Source of the DNA: a virus
IMG/VR virus record: IMGVR_UViG_3300035670_000044
Location: 1 to 64,000 of that record
Strand: one strand, 5' to 3'
Length of the DNA stretch: 64,000 nt
Both the position numbers and the translations under genes were made by a program. Positions 1 through 8,593 of this stretch are shown in pieces. Every line of letters starts with the position of its first letter. The first letter of the stretch is position 1. The notes beneath the pieces are model-generated. The model saw nothing but the letters and a program-made list of their open reading frames with translations. It made no database searches and was not told the DNA's origin.

Positions 1-279
1 GGTGAGGATGATCGGGAGGATGGAGCTGGCGGGGGTTTCCTGGTGGTTTTCTCGGTACTCCGAGATGTGGGAGATGATGGGGTCGAAGGAGGTGCCGCCG
101 CCGCCGATCAGGCGGAAGGATGTGGCAGTAGGTGAAAGCTATGTGTATAGTAGAACAGTTGACGGCCCCAGGGTGTGCGTGAAAAACCGAGCCGAGGTAA
201 GTACAGATCTGATACGAGGTCCTCTCCCCTTAAGCTTTCAACAAAGGGGGTATGATAATATGGTGAGGTATATGTTGGG

Positions 280-483
280 ATGGTAATGACCCCCGAAAGA
301 GTTAAAGAAATCTGTATACCTTACGGTCTTAAGTTAATGCCTCAGTGGCGATCGGACTCTTATATTGTTTATAATAAAACTGAGTACGGAGTGAGGTATG
401 CCTTTAAAGTAATCAAGGGTACGTCCGAGGAAGAGTTGGAGAGGATGGCGATTGCCTGGTCCTTGAAAAACTCGTTCCAGTAA
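280..483 (+). CDS. small paralog-array protein 1
   Basis: KEICIPYGL...SEEELERMAIAWS motif shared with neighbours. Confidence 0.75.
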   Translation: MVMTPERVKEICIPYGLKLMPQWRSDSYIVYNKTEYGVRYAFKVIKGTSEEELERMAIAWSLKNSFQ

Positions 484-569
484 GGGGTGGGCTATGTGCG
501 CCTAACGGCGCGAGCCGGCCCGGCTTCGCCGGGACCGGGAACGGATCGGGACGGGTGTGCTAGGGTGAT

Positions 570-809
570 GTGGTATACGTCGGTGAAGTGGTGGATTTAG
601 ACCAAGCCAGAGAAATCTGTGAACCTTACGGTCTTAGGGTCGAACGTGGGTATCCTTTTTCATTCATCTACTTCGAATATGTGGCTTATGGTCCTCATGA
701 CTTAGGAGGTACCTATTCCTTTCTCATTCACGAAGACATGTCTGCAGAAGAGTTAGATAAGCTAGCACTAACCTGGTCTATAGAAAACTCCTTTGCCCCG
801 TCAACCTGA
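570..809 (+). CDS. small paralog-array protein 2
   Basis: REICEPYGL...SAEELDKLALTWSIENSF. Confidence 0.75.
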   Translation: MVYVGEVVDLDQAREICEPYGLRVERGYPFSFIYFEYVAYGPHDLGGTYSFLIHEDMSAEELDKLALTWSIENSFAPST

Positions 810-1047
810 AATCATGCAACACTCCGACCTAAAAGAAATGTGCGGTAGGTATGGGTTACACGTATCATTGGATATGATGGGCATAAATTTAGCATACTCT
901 ATCAGGTATCCGGGTAGTGGAACCTGGACACTAGACGGGCCGCCACTCGCAACTATTACCACTACGGAGCTTTACGAGATGTCTGACAACGAGCTGGAAG
1001 AACTGGTGGTAGACTGCAGTGTGAGGTCGATGGAGGGGTTGTGCTAG
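793..1047 (+). CDS. small paralog-array protein 3
   Basis: KEMCGRYGL...SDNELEELVVDCSVRSM. Confidence 0.75.
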   Translation: MPRQPEIMQHSDLKEMCGRYGLHVSLDMMGINLAYSIRYPGSGTWTLDGPPLATITTTELYEMSDNELEELVVDCSVRSMEGLC

Positions 1048-1073
1048 GGTGGTAATAGTTTACCGGTGGGTCC

Positions 1074-1343
1074 ATGGCTTCTGAATCCAGGCTCAGGGAG
1101 GTTTGTAGGAGATACGGCTTAAGGGCAGGGTTATTACAGTACGGACGAGTTTTCGTTAGGTCCAATTCAAACTATAGCTATTTCATCGAGGAGTTGGATT
1201 GGCTATCTCTAACTGATGAGGAGTTAGAGGAAATAGCTGTCTCCTGGTCACTAAGGTTATCTTTTGAGGACAACCCGACTTACCATACTAATCTCTGTCA
1301 AGAAATTTTTTTACCCGATGGACCTAAAACCTGTACTCTTTAA
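1074..1343 (+). CDS. small paralog-array protein 4
   Basis: REVCRRYGL...TDEELEEIAVSWS. Confidence 0.75.
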   Translation: MASESRLREVCRRYGLRAGLLQYGRVFVRSNSNYSYFIEELDWLSLTDEELEEIAVSWSLRLSFEDNPTYHTNLCQEIFLPDGPKTCTL

Positions 1344-1542
1344 GTATAACTTACGTGTTGTTGTAAGTAACTCTCGCCACTATTTTTTCCCAAGAGATTG
1401 TGGATACTCCGACGATTGGTTATACTTTTTTGGGGAGAATTTGGGATGCCTACGCACGGATGAGCTACTGTCCATGTCGGATGAGGAGCTGGAGGAGTTT
1501 GCAGTCGGCTGCAGCATACGGTCCATGTGCCCGGAGTGCTAG
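1318..1542 (+). CDS. small paralog-array protein 5
   Basis: LFKYNL...SDEELEEFAVGCSIRSM; ATG at 1318 preferred. Confidence 0.7.
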   Translation: MDLKPVLFKYNLRVVVSNSRHYFFPRDCGYSDDWLYFFGENLGCLRTDELLSMSDEELEEFAVGCSIRSMCPEC

Positions 1543-1548
1543 GATGGT

Positions 1549-1797
1549 GTGGAACTTGGGTTTAAAATGGCCAGTATAGAGGAAGTTAGAAAGGCTTGCG
1601 AGACTCACGGGTTGACAGTGAGTTGGAGAATGTCCCTCTACTGGGCAGTATTTCGACCTATGACAGGGGGCACAATCTTTCTTTTCAATCCCTGGGACGT
1701 GGTAGACCCTGAATTGGCCGCCATGGAGTGGTCCGTGGAAGAAATTTTTACAGATCCCGAGAGCAGGGTTTTCCCTAAGATTTGGAAACCATCATGA
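1549..1797 (+). CDS. small paralog-array protein 6
   Basis: RKACETHGL...ELAAMEWS. Confidence 0.7.
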   Translation: MELGFKMASIEEVRKACETHGLTVSWRMSLYWAVFRPMTGGTIFLFNPWDVVDPELAAMEWSVEEIFTDPESRVFPKIWKPS

Positions 1798-2012
1798 CCC
1801 TCCGTATCGACCAAAAGGAGGAACTTATTCGGGAGCTGTGCGAGCAATACGGGTTATCGTTTATGTACACTTGGGGGAGGTATTACATCTCAGTGAATGG
1901 TAAAGAGGAGTCGTGGATTATTGATTTTACCCGGGTGGATCTGTCCTTGTGGGACTCTGATCAGATTGAGGAAAAAGTGTTAAGCTTGGTTCTGAGGTAC
2001 GGGTTGTGGTGA
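1782..2012 (+). CDS. small paralog-array protein 7
   Basis: RELCEQYGL...SDQIEEKV. Confidence 0.7.
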   Translation: METIMTLRIDQKEELIRELCEQYGLSFMYTWGRYYISVNGKEESWIIDFTRVDLSLWDSDQIEEKVLSLVLRYGLW

Positions 2013-2281
2013 TGGACAATTGTCGTCTAAACTGTATGTGCGTGAGCAGTAGGGCTTTGGCTCACGATATCGCATACGAGTACGGATTATTGTTTGAGTT
2101 TACGCGCCAGAAGGCATCGGATAAATGTACGGGGCTGGTAGTAAGTGCGTATAGGGGGGGCATTTCCCTGGATACTAAGCTTGAAACCCTCTCGGCTGAA
2201 CAATTCAATGCGATGACAATACACGAACTGAGAGAAATGTGCGAGTATTGGAAAATGCTGAAGGTATTTAGCTGTGGCTGA
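2006..2281 (+). CDS. small paralog-array protein 8
   Basis: IAYEYGL...MTIHELREMCEYW. Confidence 0.65.
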   Translation: MVMDNCRLNCMCVSSRALAHDIAYEYGLLFEFTRQKASDKCTGLVVSAYRGGISLDTKLETLSAEQFNAMTIHELREMCEYWKMLKVFSCG

Positions 2282-2502
2282 TTTAAACCCATTTGAGAAA
2301 GTAATTAGTGTCCTGGTTTCGGTCCCGGGGGTGGAATGGGACATCGTTGATTATGAACTCCCCGGGGGCAAAATTTTTGTATTGGTGTAAAGGTAATTAT
2401 GATAAGATAGAATGCCTCTCGGAGGCAGATGCTCTGATTTTGACAAGTAATGAACTGGAAATACTCTCCTTGGAGTTGACGTTCGGATCGAATCGGGTAT
2501 GA
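2274..2502 (+). pseudogene. frameshifted paralog-array member 9
   Basis: N-half (GTG 2274, FEKVISVLVSVPGV) resembles member 11. C-half (NELEILSLELTFG) is in the +1 frame. The switch falls near CCCCGGGGGCAAAATTTTT at 2360-2378. Confidence 0.55.
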
Positions 2503-2747
2503 TGAGTAAACTGTCAATTTTCAGAGCCATGTACCAAAGATTTTACGAGTTCACAAGGCTCTTAGATAACCTGGGAGTGGCCTGGGGATTCTATCCCTCT
2601 GAAGAATGGGAAAGTTTGAAAGATTACTGCGTCTGGGTCGGCAAACACGGGGTCAACGGAAACCACTACGGGGTTGGTGAAATTGACTCAATGTCCGATG
2701 AGGAGTTTACTTACTTAACCCTGGAGCTTACCTTCACCCATGAGTAA
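2499..2747 (+). CDS. small paralog-array protein 10
   Basis: LLDNLGV...SDEEFTYLTLELTF. Confidence 0.7.
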   Translation: MMSKLSIFRAMYQRFYEFTRLLDNLGVAWGFYPSEEWESLKDYCVWVGKHGVNGNHYGVGEIDSMSDEEFTYLTLELTFTHE

Positions 2748-2973
2748 CAGACACGATTCTTTCTCCAGAATAATCGAGGTCCTGGACTCTGTCCCGGGGG
2801 TACATCACGACTTCACGGTTCAACCTTTCATTCCACTCTGTGTTGATCTGGTGTTCTGGAGGATGAGCTCCACGGGCACTATATACACAGTGGTGACTGA
2901 AAAGCAAGCCGAGGAGATCACCGACGAGGAGCTGGCCAGTCTGGCTATCGAGTTGACTTTCGGCCAGGGTTAG
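2740..2973 (+). CDS. small paralog-array protein 11
   Basis: VLDSVPGV...TDEELASLAIELTF. Confidence 0.7.
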   Translation: MSNRHDSFSRIIEVLDSVPGVHHDFTVQPFIPLCVDLVFWRMSSTGTIYTVVTEKQAEEITDEELASLAIELTFGQG

Positions 2974-3002
2974 GGTAAAATCGGGACTGGTCAGAGAAGA
3001 AC

Positions 3003-3206
3003 GTGACACGTCCATCCAAAGACAAGATTGACACCGTCAAAAAGTTGTGCTCGGGGTACGGTTTTGAGGCGATACCCGGTCACTTTTTCTTCTACCTTCG
3101 TTCCGAAGGTAGACGCATAGTAGGTTACCTGGATTACCAGTACAATGACTGGAATCAAATGGAAGAGATCATTGCTGAACTGGCCGTTAGAGGGGCGTTT
3201 AAGTAA
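3003..3206 (+). CDS. small paralog-array protein 12
   Basis: KKLCSGYGF...WNQMEEIIAELAV. Confidence 0.7.
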   Translation: MTRPSKDKIDTVKKLCSGYGFEAIPGHFFFYLRSEGRRIVGYLDYQYNDWNQMEEIIAELAVRGAFK

Positions 3207-3466
3207 TGAACTGGATGTACCAGAGGGGGTTAGTTTGGGAAGAGACTACGCGTCAGTTAGATAGTGTTTGTGACCGTTTGGGTCTTAGATGGTACTGCAA
3301 GATAAGCACTGCCGAGGTGATATTTCACCGGTCAAACCCTGTTGAGCATAATCTCGCGGTGTGTTTTGGAAGCCCGGATTACAGTATAATGAGGGAATCA
3401 GCAATGTGGATGACCAGTAGTCAGATAGAAAGTATCCTTAGAGGGTGGTTGGATCATGGGGTTTAA
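3206..3466 (+). CDS. small paralog-array protein 13
   Basis: SVCDRLGL...TSSQIESIL; TAATG stop/start coupling. Confidence 0.65.
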   Translation: MNWMYQRGLVWEETTRQLDSVCDRLGLRWYCKISTAEVIFHRSNPVEHNLAVCFGSPDYSIMRESAMWMTSSQIESILRGWLDHGV

Positions 3467-3722
3467 TCAAAATAGGTTAACACGATGGGTGTGGCGAATC
3501 ATGCCCACGGCCCTTCGCTACTATTTTCTGGAAAAGTTGTGCGAGAGAAACAGTTGTACAATATTCAAAAGCGAGCGCAGAAGATACGAACACGAAGTTG
3601 ACGTATGGTATATATCTGGGGGGGACATTGTGGGGTATGTCGGATCGATAAACCCCTTCGACGACTGGGAAAACATCGAGAAGTCTGTGCTAGAATACTC
3701 CGTAATCAGTACTTTTAGGTAG
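3456..3722 (+). CDS. small paralog-array protein 14
   Basis: EKLCERNSC...WENIEKSVLEYS. Confidence 0.65.
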   Translation: MGFNQNRLTRWVWRIMPTALRYYFLEKLCERNSCTIFKSERRRYEHEVDVWYISGGDIVGYVGSINPFDDWENIEKSVLEYSVISTFR

Positions 3723-3967
3723 TGGGAGACGGTGATATCGGCAACTACGACCGGTTGCGCGAATTGTGCAAAGAGTATGGGCTAGTGGCTATCCGGGATG
3801 ATAATTCGGCAAAGTGGGTGTTGGGGACATTAGCCCCTGGCTCGGACTGGGAGTATGTTCGGGTCGCTCAGGTGTCAGACATGGACTTGCACTACACGCC
3901 GTGGAGACTAGTAGAAAAACGCACCGTTACGGCCATTCTGGATCGGAGTTTTACCGAACATGTTTAA
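3722..3967 (+). CDS. small paralog-array protein 15
   Basis: RELCKEYGL...WRLVEKR. Confidence 0.7.
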   Translation: MGDGDIGNYDRLRELCKEYGLVAIRDDNSAKWVLGTLAPGSDWEYVRVAQVSDMDLHYTPWRLVEKRTVTAILDRSFTEHV

Positions 3968-4205
3968 TTGGGAGGACTGGGTATTCCGGTCGGTATATAA
4001 ACATTCCCCACTGCCCAACCCCCGGGTTGCCCAGGAGTGCGAGAAATATGGCATGCGGGCAGTCTTCGACAGGAGTAGCCGAAGGTATCTGATCGGTAGC
4101 GGAGACACCCTGTACGGGTCAGTCGGTGACAGGCTTAGCGAGACGGACCTGGAAGACGCCATCGCCGAGTTATTTGTCACCGGGCCGTTCAGAAGTATCC
4201 CATAA
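3960..4205 (+). CDS. small paralog-array protein 16
   Basis: QECEKYGM...SETDLEDAIAEL. Confidence 0.7.
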   Translation: MFNWEDWVFRSVYKHSPLPNPRVAQECEKYGMRAVFDRSSRRYLIGSGDTLYGSVGDRLSETDLEDAIAELFVTGPFRSIP

Positions 4206-4358
4206 CCAATTCGGTAGCAAACCCCCCACCGCCCCATCGAGTTGTCGCACCAGCAAGCGCCCTAGCCGGATCGCTATGGGCTTTACCACCACCTCAGCCA
4301 GCATTACTCCGGCGAATGAAGCCAGGGCCGTATGGACGTCGGATACAACCGGTGTCAC
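4170..4358 (-). CDS. hypothetical protein with a hydrophobic segment
   Basis: Coupled to the upstream minus-strand ORF (GTGA overlap). Confidence 0.45.
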   Translation of the reverse strand: MTPVVSDVHTALASFAGVMLAEVVVKPIAIRLGRLLVRQLDGAVGGLLPNWLWDTSERPGDK

Positions 4359-4567
4359 TTGACCAGGCCGGCAGGTGCGTGGCAGTCCGTAAGCCTGTAT
4401 ATGAGCTCGTAGCCCGGCTCTAGGGATCGGTGGCTCTTAGGGCGTGTAGGAAGGGCTAGCAGGTCCTCGTACACGTCGGTACGGGTCGTATACACAACAA
4501 CCTCGGCGGCGTCGTAGTCGTACGAGATAGCGGTTTCGGCGTAAAGCTCGGGTGCGGGAGTCTCCAT
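4355..4567 (-). CDS. hypothetical protein
   Basis: ATG preceded by AGGGG; plausible composition. Confidence 0.55.
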   Translation of the reverse strand: METPAPELYAETAISYDYDAAEVVVYTTRTDVYEDLLALPTRPKSHRSLEPGYELIYRLTDCHAPAGLVK

Positions 4568-5284
4568 CCCCTGCTTTCACCGGATTCGCCCCGCCCCCGT
4601 ATCACCACCTGGATTGTGTCAAAACAGCCCCTTAGCCAAACCCAAAGGAAAAGTCCCCGCAACCTCCCATACGCCCATTATTAATCTTTACTAAATAAAA
4701 AGGATATATATATACATGGGTTTAGGGGGAGCGGCGACTTGGGTGAGGGTTGATTTCTGGGAAAATTTCAACCCAGTCATAGCAAGCGATCTGGGGGAAG
4801 CATTTTACCCAGACACCCGATACAGGGGGTTGTCTCACGCTCTACCTGGGGGGGGCGAGATTTTCTATCAAAACACCCCAAAGAAAACTACGACCGATTG
4901 GGGTCAGAATTTTGAGAATTCCGGGGTAAACCGGCCCGCTAGCGATATAAAAAAGTCTTAACCTCAGTTAGGTCATCTTTGGGATACAGATGATGGTCAA
5001 ATTGGGGTCTAAAGGTGGGGTAAATATCCATGTTTTGATACTAAATTTCACTTTTTGATAATTATAATGTTTTGCTACCAGCCCCATTTTCCGACCATTT
5101 CCCCAAACCCCTTGCACCATGGTGTATTTCAGCCATCTGACCCCCCTGCTGGGTTTGGGGTCTCCTCATGCCGTCTGTTTGCGTTTAATTGAGAAAAAAA
5201 ATCCCCCACAGGTTTTGGTGATAGCTTATCAGAGGGGGTTATCGTGCTATACTGACCCCGGAGCCATTTTTCTATCATTTCACT

Positions 5285-6391
5285 ATGACCCTGCCCAGAC
5301 ACGCCAAACAGATTTTTGATGAGCCCTACCCCAGCATCACCTGGCTCAGATCCATGACCAAGGAGAATTTGCTCCTGGCCCTTCTGGAGATGAAACGAAC
5401 GTACTCCGAGGATTCGATGAGGGTGAAGGAGATGGAGCACACCCTGGCGATGGCCGAGATCGACATTAGAAAGCTCGAGCTTCAGTCCAAGCTGGAGGCC
5501 ACCAACAAAATGATCCAGTACGGGGTAGAGATCAAAGAGCACCAGTATGGACCTAAGGCCATCGGTGACTTTGCATCGATCTGGAACGGGGAGAGCGTTA
5601 AGAACACAGTCAAACCCCTTTCCGACTCCGACCTCTCCGAGCGGGCTAACTTGGCCGAGGAGCAGGGGATTGTCTGGAACCTGCAGAACAAACGACCGGG
5701 GCGGGAGTCTACTATCCGAAAGAAAGTGGAGGAGTGGGAGAAAGGATTGGATCGAGGGTTGAATGCCAACCTCACTATCTACGCTGCCAGAAGTGCGGAG
5801 GCGATCAGGTCATCAGGATCGGATTACCGGGCCTTTATGACTGGCCTATGTATGCAAATGGAGCAGCGGTTGGGTAAGGGACCTCAGCACAAGTACCTAG
5901 TGCCGAGGTTCAAGAATATATCCAAACAGTACCGTCAGACACTGCCGGTCGTACAAGACCCGCCTGAGGCTGCCAAACCCGCCGAGGATACGTCTCGATC
6001 CGTTATCGAGCTCATTTACACCGAGTGGCTTGGCAAAGGTTACAAGCAGGAGCTCAGGGACTTTGATGACCGCGAGGGCACTTTCTCCCAGGAGCAGTTC
6101 TCCAACTACCTGGAGAAACACGCCGAAATTCTACGCAATCTCGACCCAGACGAAAGCGTCCGAGACCTTAAATTTTCGTCCCGAGTACTCTGGGACACAT
6201 TCCAAAGATCAACATATCACCTCATCAAAGACCGTATCGACTGGCACATCCCCTGCAGGAGGAGCGAAGAGCTTTGCATGTTCAGAGATGTGTACCAGGA
6301 GTATAAAAAGGTCGAGGAATCCCGCAAGGCGTACAACGAAATGATGCACGCCTGGTGGATTCAAATGTGCGACAGGTTGGGGTTGAAGTAG
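5285..6391 (+). CDS. hypothetical protein, N-terminal coiled coil
   Basis: 368-aa ORF preceded by TGCTATACT, an extended -10-like element. Confidence 0.8.
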   Translation: MTLPRHAKQIFDEPYPSITWLRSMTKENLLLALLEMKRTYSEDSMRVKEMEHTLAMAEIDIRKLELQSKLEATNKMIQYGVEIKEHQYGPKAIGDFASIWNGESVKNTVKPLSDSDLSERANLAEEQGIVWNLQNKRPGRESTIRKKVEEWEKGLDRGLNANLTIYAARSAEAIRSSGSDYRAFMTGLCMQMEQRLGKGPQHKYLVPRFKNISKQYRQTLPVVQDPPEAAKPAEDTSRSVIELIYTEWLGKGYKQELRDFDDREGTFSQEQFSNYLEKHAEILRNLDPDESVRDLKFSSRVLWDTFQRSTYHLIKDRIDWHIPCRRSEELCMFRDVYQEYKKVEESRKAYNEMMHAWWIQMCDRLGLK

Positions 6392-6394
6392 ACC

Positions 6395-6429
6395 GAGGGG
6401 GGGGGGAAGGTTAACCCCCCCCCCTTCTC
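6395..6429. terminator. G/C-tract hairpin between convergent genes
   Basis: G-run / AAGGTTAA / C-run inverted repeat. Confidence 0.5.
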
Positions 6430-6430
6430 A

Positions 6431-8005
6431 CTAATCACCAATCCCCCTGACCGCCATCTCAGCAATTACCTCCGGTTCAATTTTTCCGGAGACGGTCGGA
6501 ACCTTCCGATCCACACTCTCATCACAGAAATAGTAATCAGGGTTGTACTCAGTACCGTTACTCTTCGAGATCTTAATGGTAGGAAAATTGTCCAGGTATG
6601 ACAATTTGCATAGGGGTTCCAAGCCAGACTTAAACAGGTCTTCGTTAATACGGTGGAACCTGCTAAGCACTTGGGACTCCAGAGTCCCCTCGACAGTTTT
6701 TCCATACCACTCCCTCCAGATTATTCCGCTAGAGAGAAAGAACATAAACGCCCTGTCATCCTCCAGTTCCAGAAGCTTCTTGCACATCCCGAGCCTGCTA
6801 GTAATCGTCTTATAGACTTTTTCAAGCTCAATTTGACATTTATACGGGCCGAAGTCACGGTCAAGTCCTGTCCGTGAGATGTCTCGGTACAAAGCGGACA
6901 AATCGAGATCGTCTAGGGTCTGAATCTTGGAGATATTCCTGGAAGCAATTACCGTCCAGAGTAAGTCGGACAAGTAGTAGCTAAAGTCACTGCTACCTAA
7001 GTTAACCCTATTGGACCACCCATACTTCCGATTGTTTCGAGAAGTTTGGGCTCGAGCTCTGATTACGTCATGGGCAAGGAAGTCCCTGTATAGGGCAGCG
7101 TACGCGTCAAGACAATCATCAGATTGCAGATCAGGATCACCCTTAACCGATTTGATTACGTCCCGTACGTTTGAAGGACGGTTAACGTAAATAAACCGGT
7201 AGAGTAACTGGTAATCCGGTACAGAAGTTTTCACAAACTTCGCATACTGTCCCTTCGGAGTGTAGTACTGGCAAGGGGCAGGAGACTTGGATAGAGCCTT
7301 AGTAACCTGGGAGTCGTTGATCAGGTCGTGGGCCCTAAAGGATATCAGAAGGGGAAGCCTGAAATAGACTAAATTACCCGAAATGATTTTCTTTACATTA
7401 GCCTTTACATCAACATCTTTGAGCTCACGAGAAAGTTCTGCTCCGCTTAGAGTAGTCCAGATGGTCTCCAAAATCTTGGCACTGCAAAGATTAGGGGACG
7501 TTAGCAGAGCCCTAGACGTATTGATTCGGTTACCGCTCTTGTTGCTGATAGTGTGTAATTTGGAGGTTTTGCAGAATAGCTGCGGGTCTGAGTAAGCATC
7601 GTAGATTTGCTTAACGAACTTGTCCTCATTAAATAGATTCAACAACTCAAAGCTGGGGTTGGCTATCACCTCCTTGAGGTAAAGGCGAGCCGCCATGCAC
7701 ATGGTGGTTGAATCACAATTCGGATTGGAGGCTACTGCTTTCCTGACCCTGGTGGATTTAGTGGAGTCCCAGGCATCCCTCAACTGTTTTTGCGTGGAGG
7801 AGGGATCGATCGCGATCCGGTACAGGTCTTCCACCCCCATCGACGGATTACTTACGGTTGCTTCCATTTTTCTGACGACGACGATGGGTTGAAGAGGTGG
7901 CGATGCGTTCGGTGATATCGCACCAGAGTTCATTTGAGCACTCATAGCTGCAGCAGTACTCGGCGGAGTAGAGAGACTTGTAACTGGTTCGTTTACCACA
8001 TACAC
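6431..8005 (-). CDS. hypothetical protein with LRV-like helical repeat
   Basis: 524-aa ORF; VRKAVASNPNC / VIANPS / LLTSPNL motifs. Confidence 0.7.
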   Translation of the reverse strand: MYVVNEPVTSLSTPPSTAAAMSAQMNSGAISPNASPPLQPIVVVRKMEATVSNPSMGVEDLYRIAIDPSSTQKQLRDAWDSTKSTRVRKAVASNPNCDSTTMCMAARLYLKEVIANPSFELLNLFNEDKFVKQIYDAYSDPQLFCKTSKLHTISNKSGNRINTSRALLTSPNLCSAKILETIWTTLSGAELSRELKDVDVKANVKKIISGNLVYFRLPLLISFRAHDLINDSQVTKALSKSPAPCQYYTPKGQYAKFVKTSVPDYQLLYRFIYVNRPSNVRDVIKSVKGDPDLQSDDCLDAYAALYRDFLAHDVIRARAQTSRNNRKYGWSNRVNLGSSDFSYYLSDLLWTVIASRNISKIQTLDDLDLSALYRDISRTGLDRDFGPYKCQIELEKVYKTITSRLGMCKKLLELEDDRAFMFFLSSGIIWREWYGKTVEGTLESQVLSRFHRINEDLFKSGLEPLCKLSYLDNFPTIKISKSNGTEYNPDYYFCDESVDRKVPTVSGKIEPEVIAEMAVRGIGD

Positions 8006-8221
8006 CGCAGTACCCGTGGGATTCCTGCTTGTGGTAGGTATCGTCGTGGACTTGGATAAACGGGTCGTGGGGGCCGAAATAGGATTTTCGGGCCTGGTTC
8101 GGACTGGACTTGGGGTCAGCCATCAGTGGGACTGATATACAACTTATGTACTATAGCAGGAACTTATGGTTCGTGTCAATTCGTGCTAAGGTTGAAAGCA
8201 GAGCAGCAACTCCACCCGATT

Positions 8222-8593
8222 ATGAAGCAAATCAGACGGTATCCCGAGATTTTTGTTGAGGCCGATTACCTCACCGTCCGTGACGACCTGATTCGGGGAG
8301 TCATCAAGGTCCGGTCTGACACGTACAAGGTCATTTTGGACCACCCTGTATTCGGCATGACCATCGAGATTATGGAACTAGATCCGGAGGATAACACCCT
8401 GTGCCTACGGAGCATTTTCCCTACAGAAATGCAGAGCGAGGAGGAGATGGAGTCGGTAAAGGACTACTATAGGTATTTGCTAGACGGTGAAGACACCTAT
8501 ATCGATTACTACAATCCGGAGTTTGGTTACTTTCTCCTGAGCCGGAACATCGGAATGTATCCGGCCAGCACCTACTCCCGAGAAAATGACTAA
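8222..8593 (+). CDS. hypothetical protein
   Basis: ATG 8222 downstream of GTTGAAAGC at 8191. Confidence 0.7.
   Translation: MKQIRRYPEIFVEADYLTVRDDLIRGVIKVRSDTYKVILDHPVFGMTIEIMELDPEDNTLCLRSIFPTEMQSEEEMESVKDYYRYLLDGEDTYIDYYNPEFGYFLLSRNIGMYPASTYSREND

Noticed and set aside
2-286. 94-aa plus-strand ORF at the window edge
   Set aside because: Implausible composition; a minus-strand GTTGAAAGC at 234 suggests the real gene runs leftward off the window
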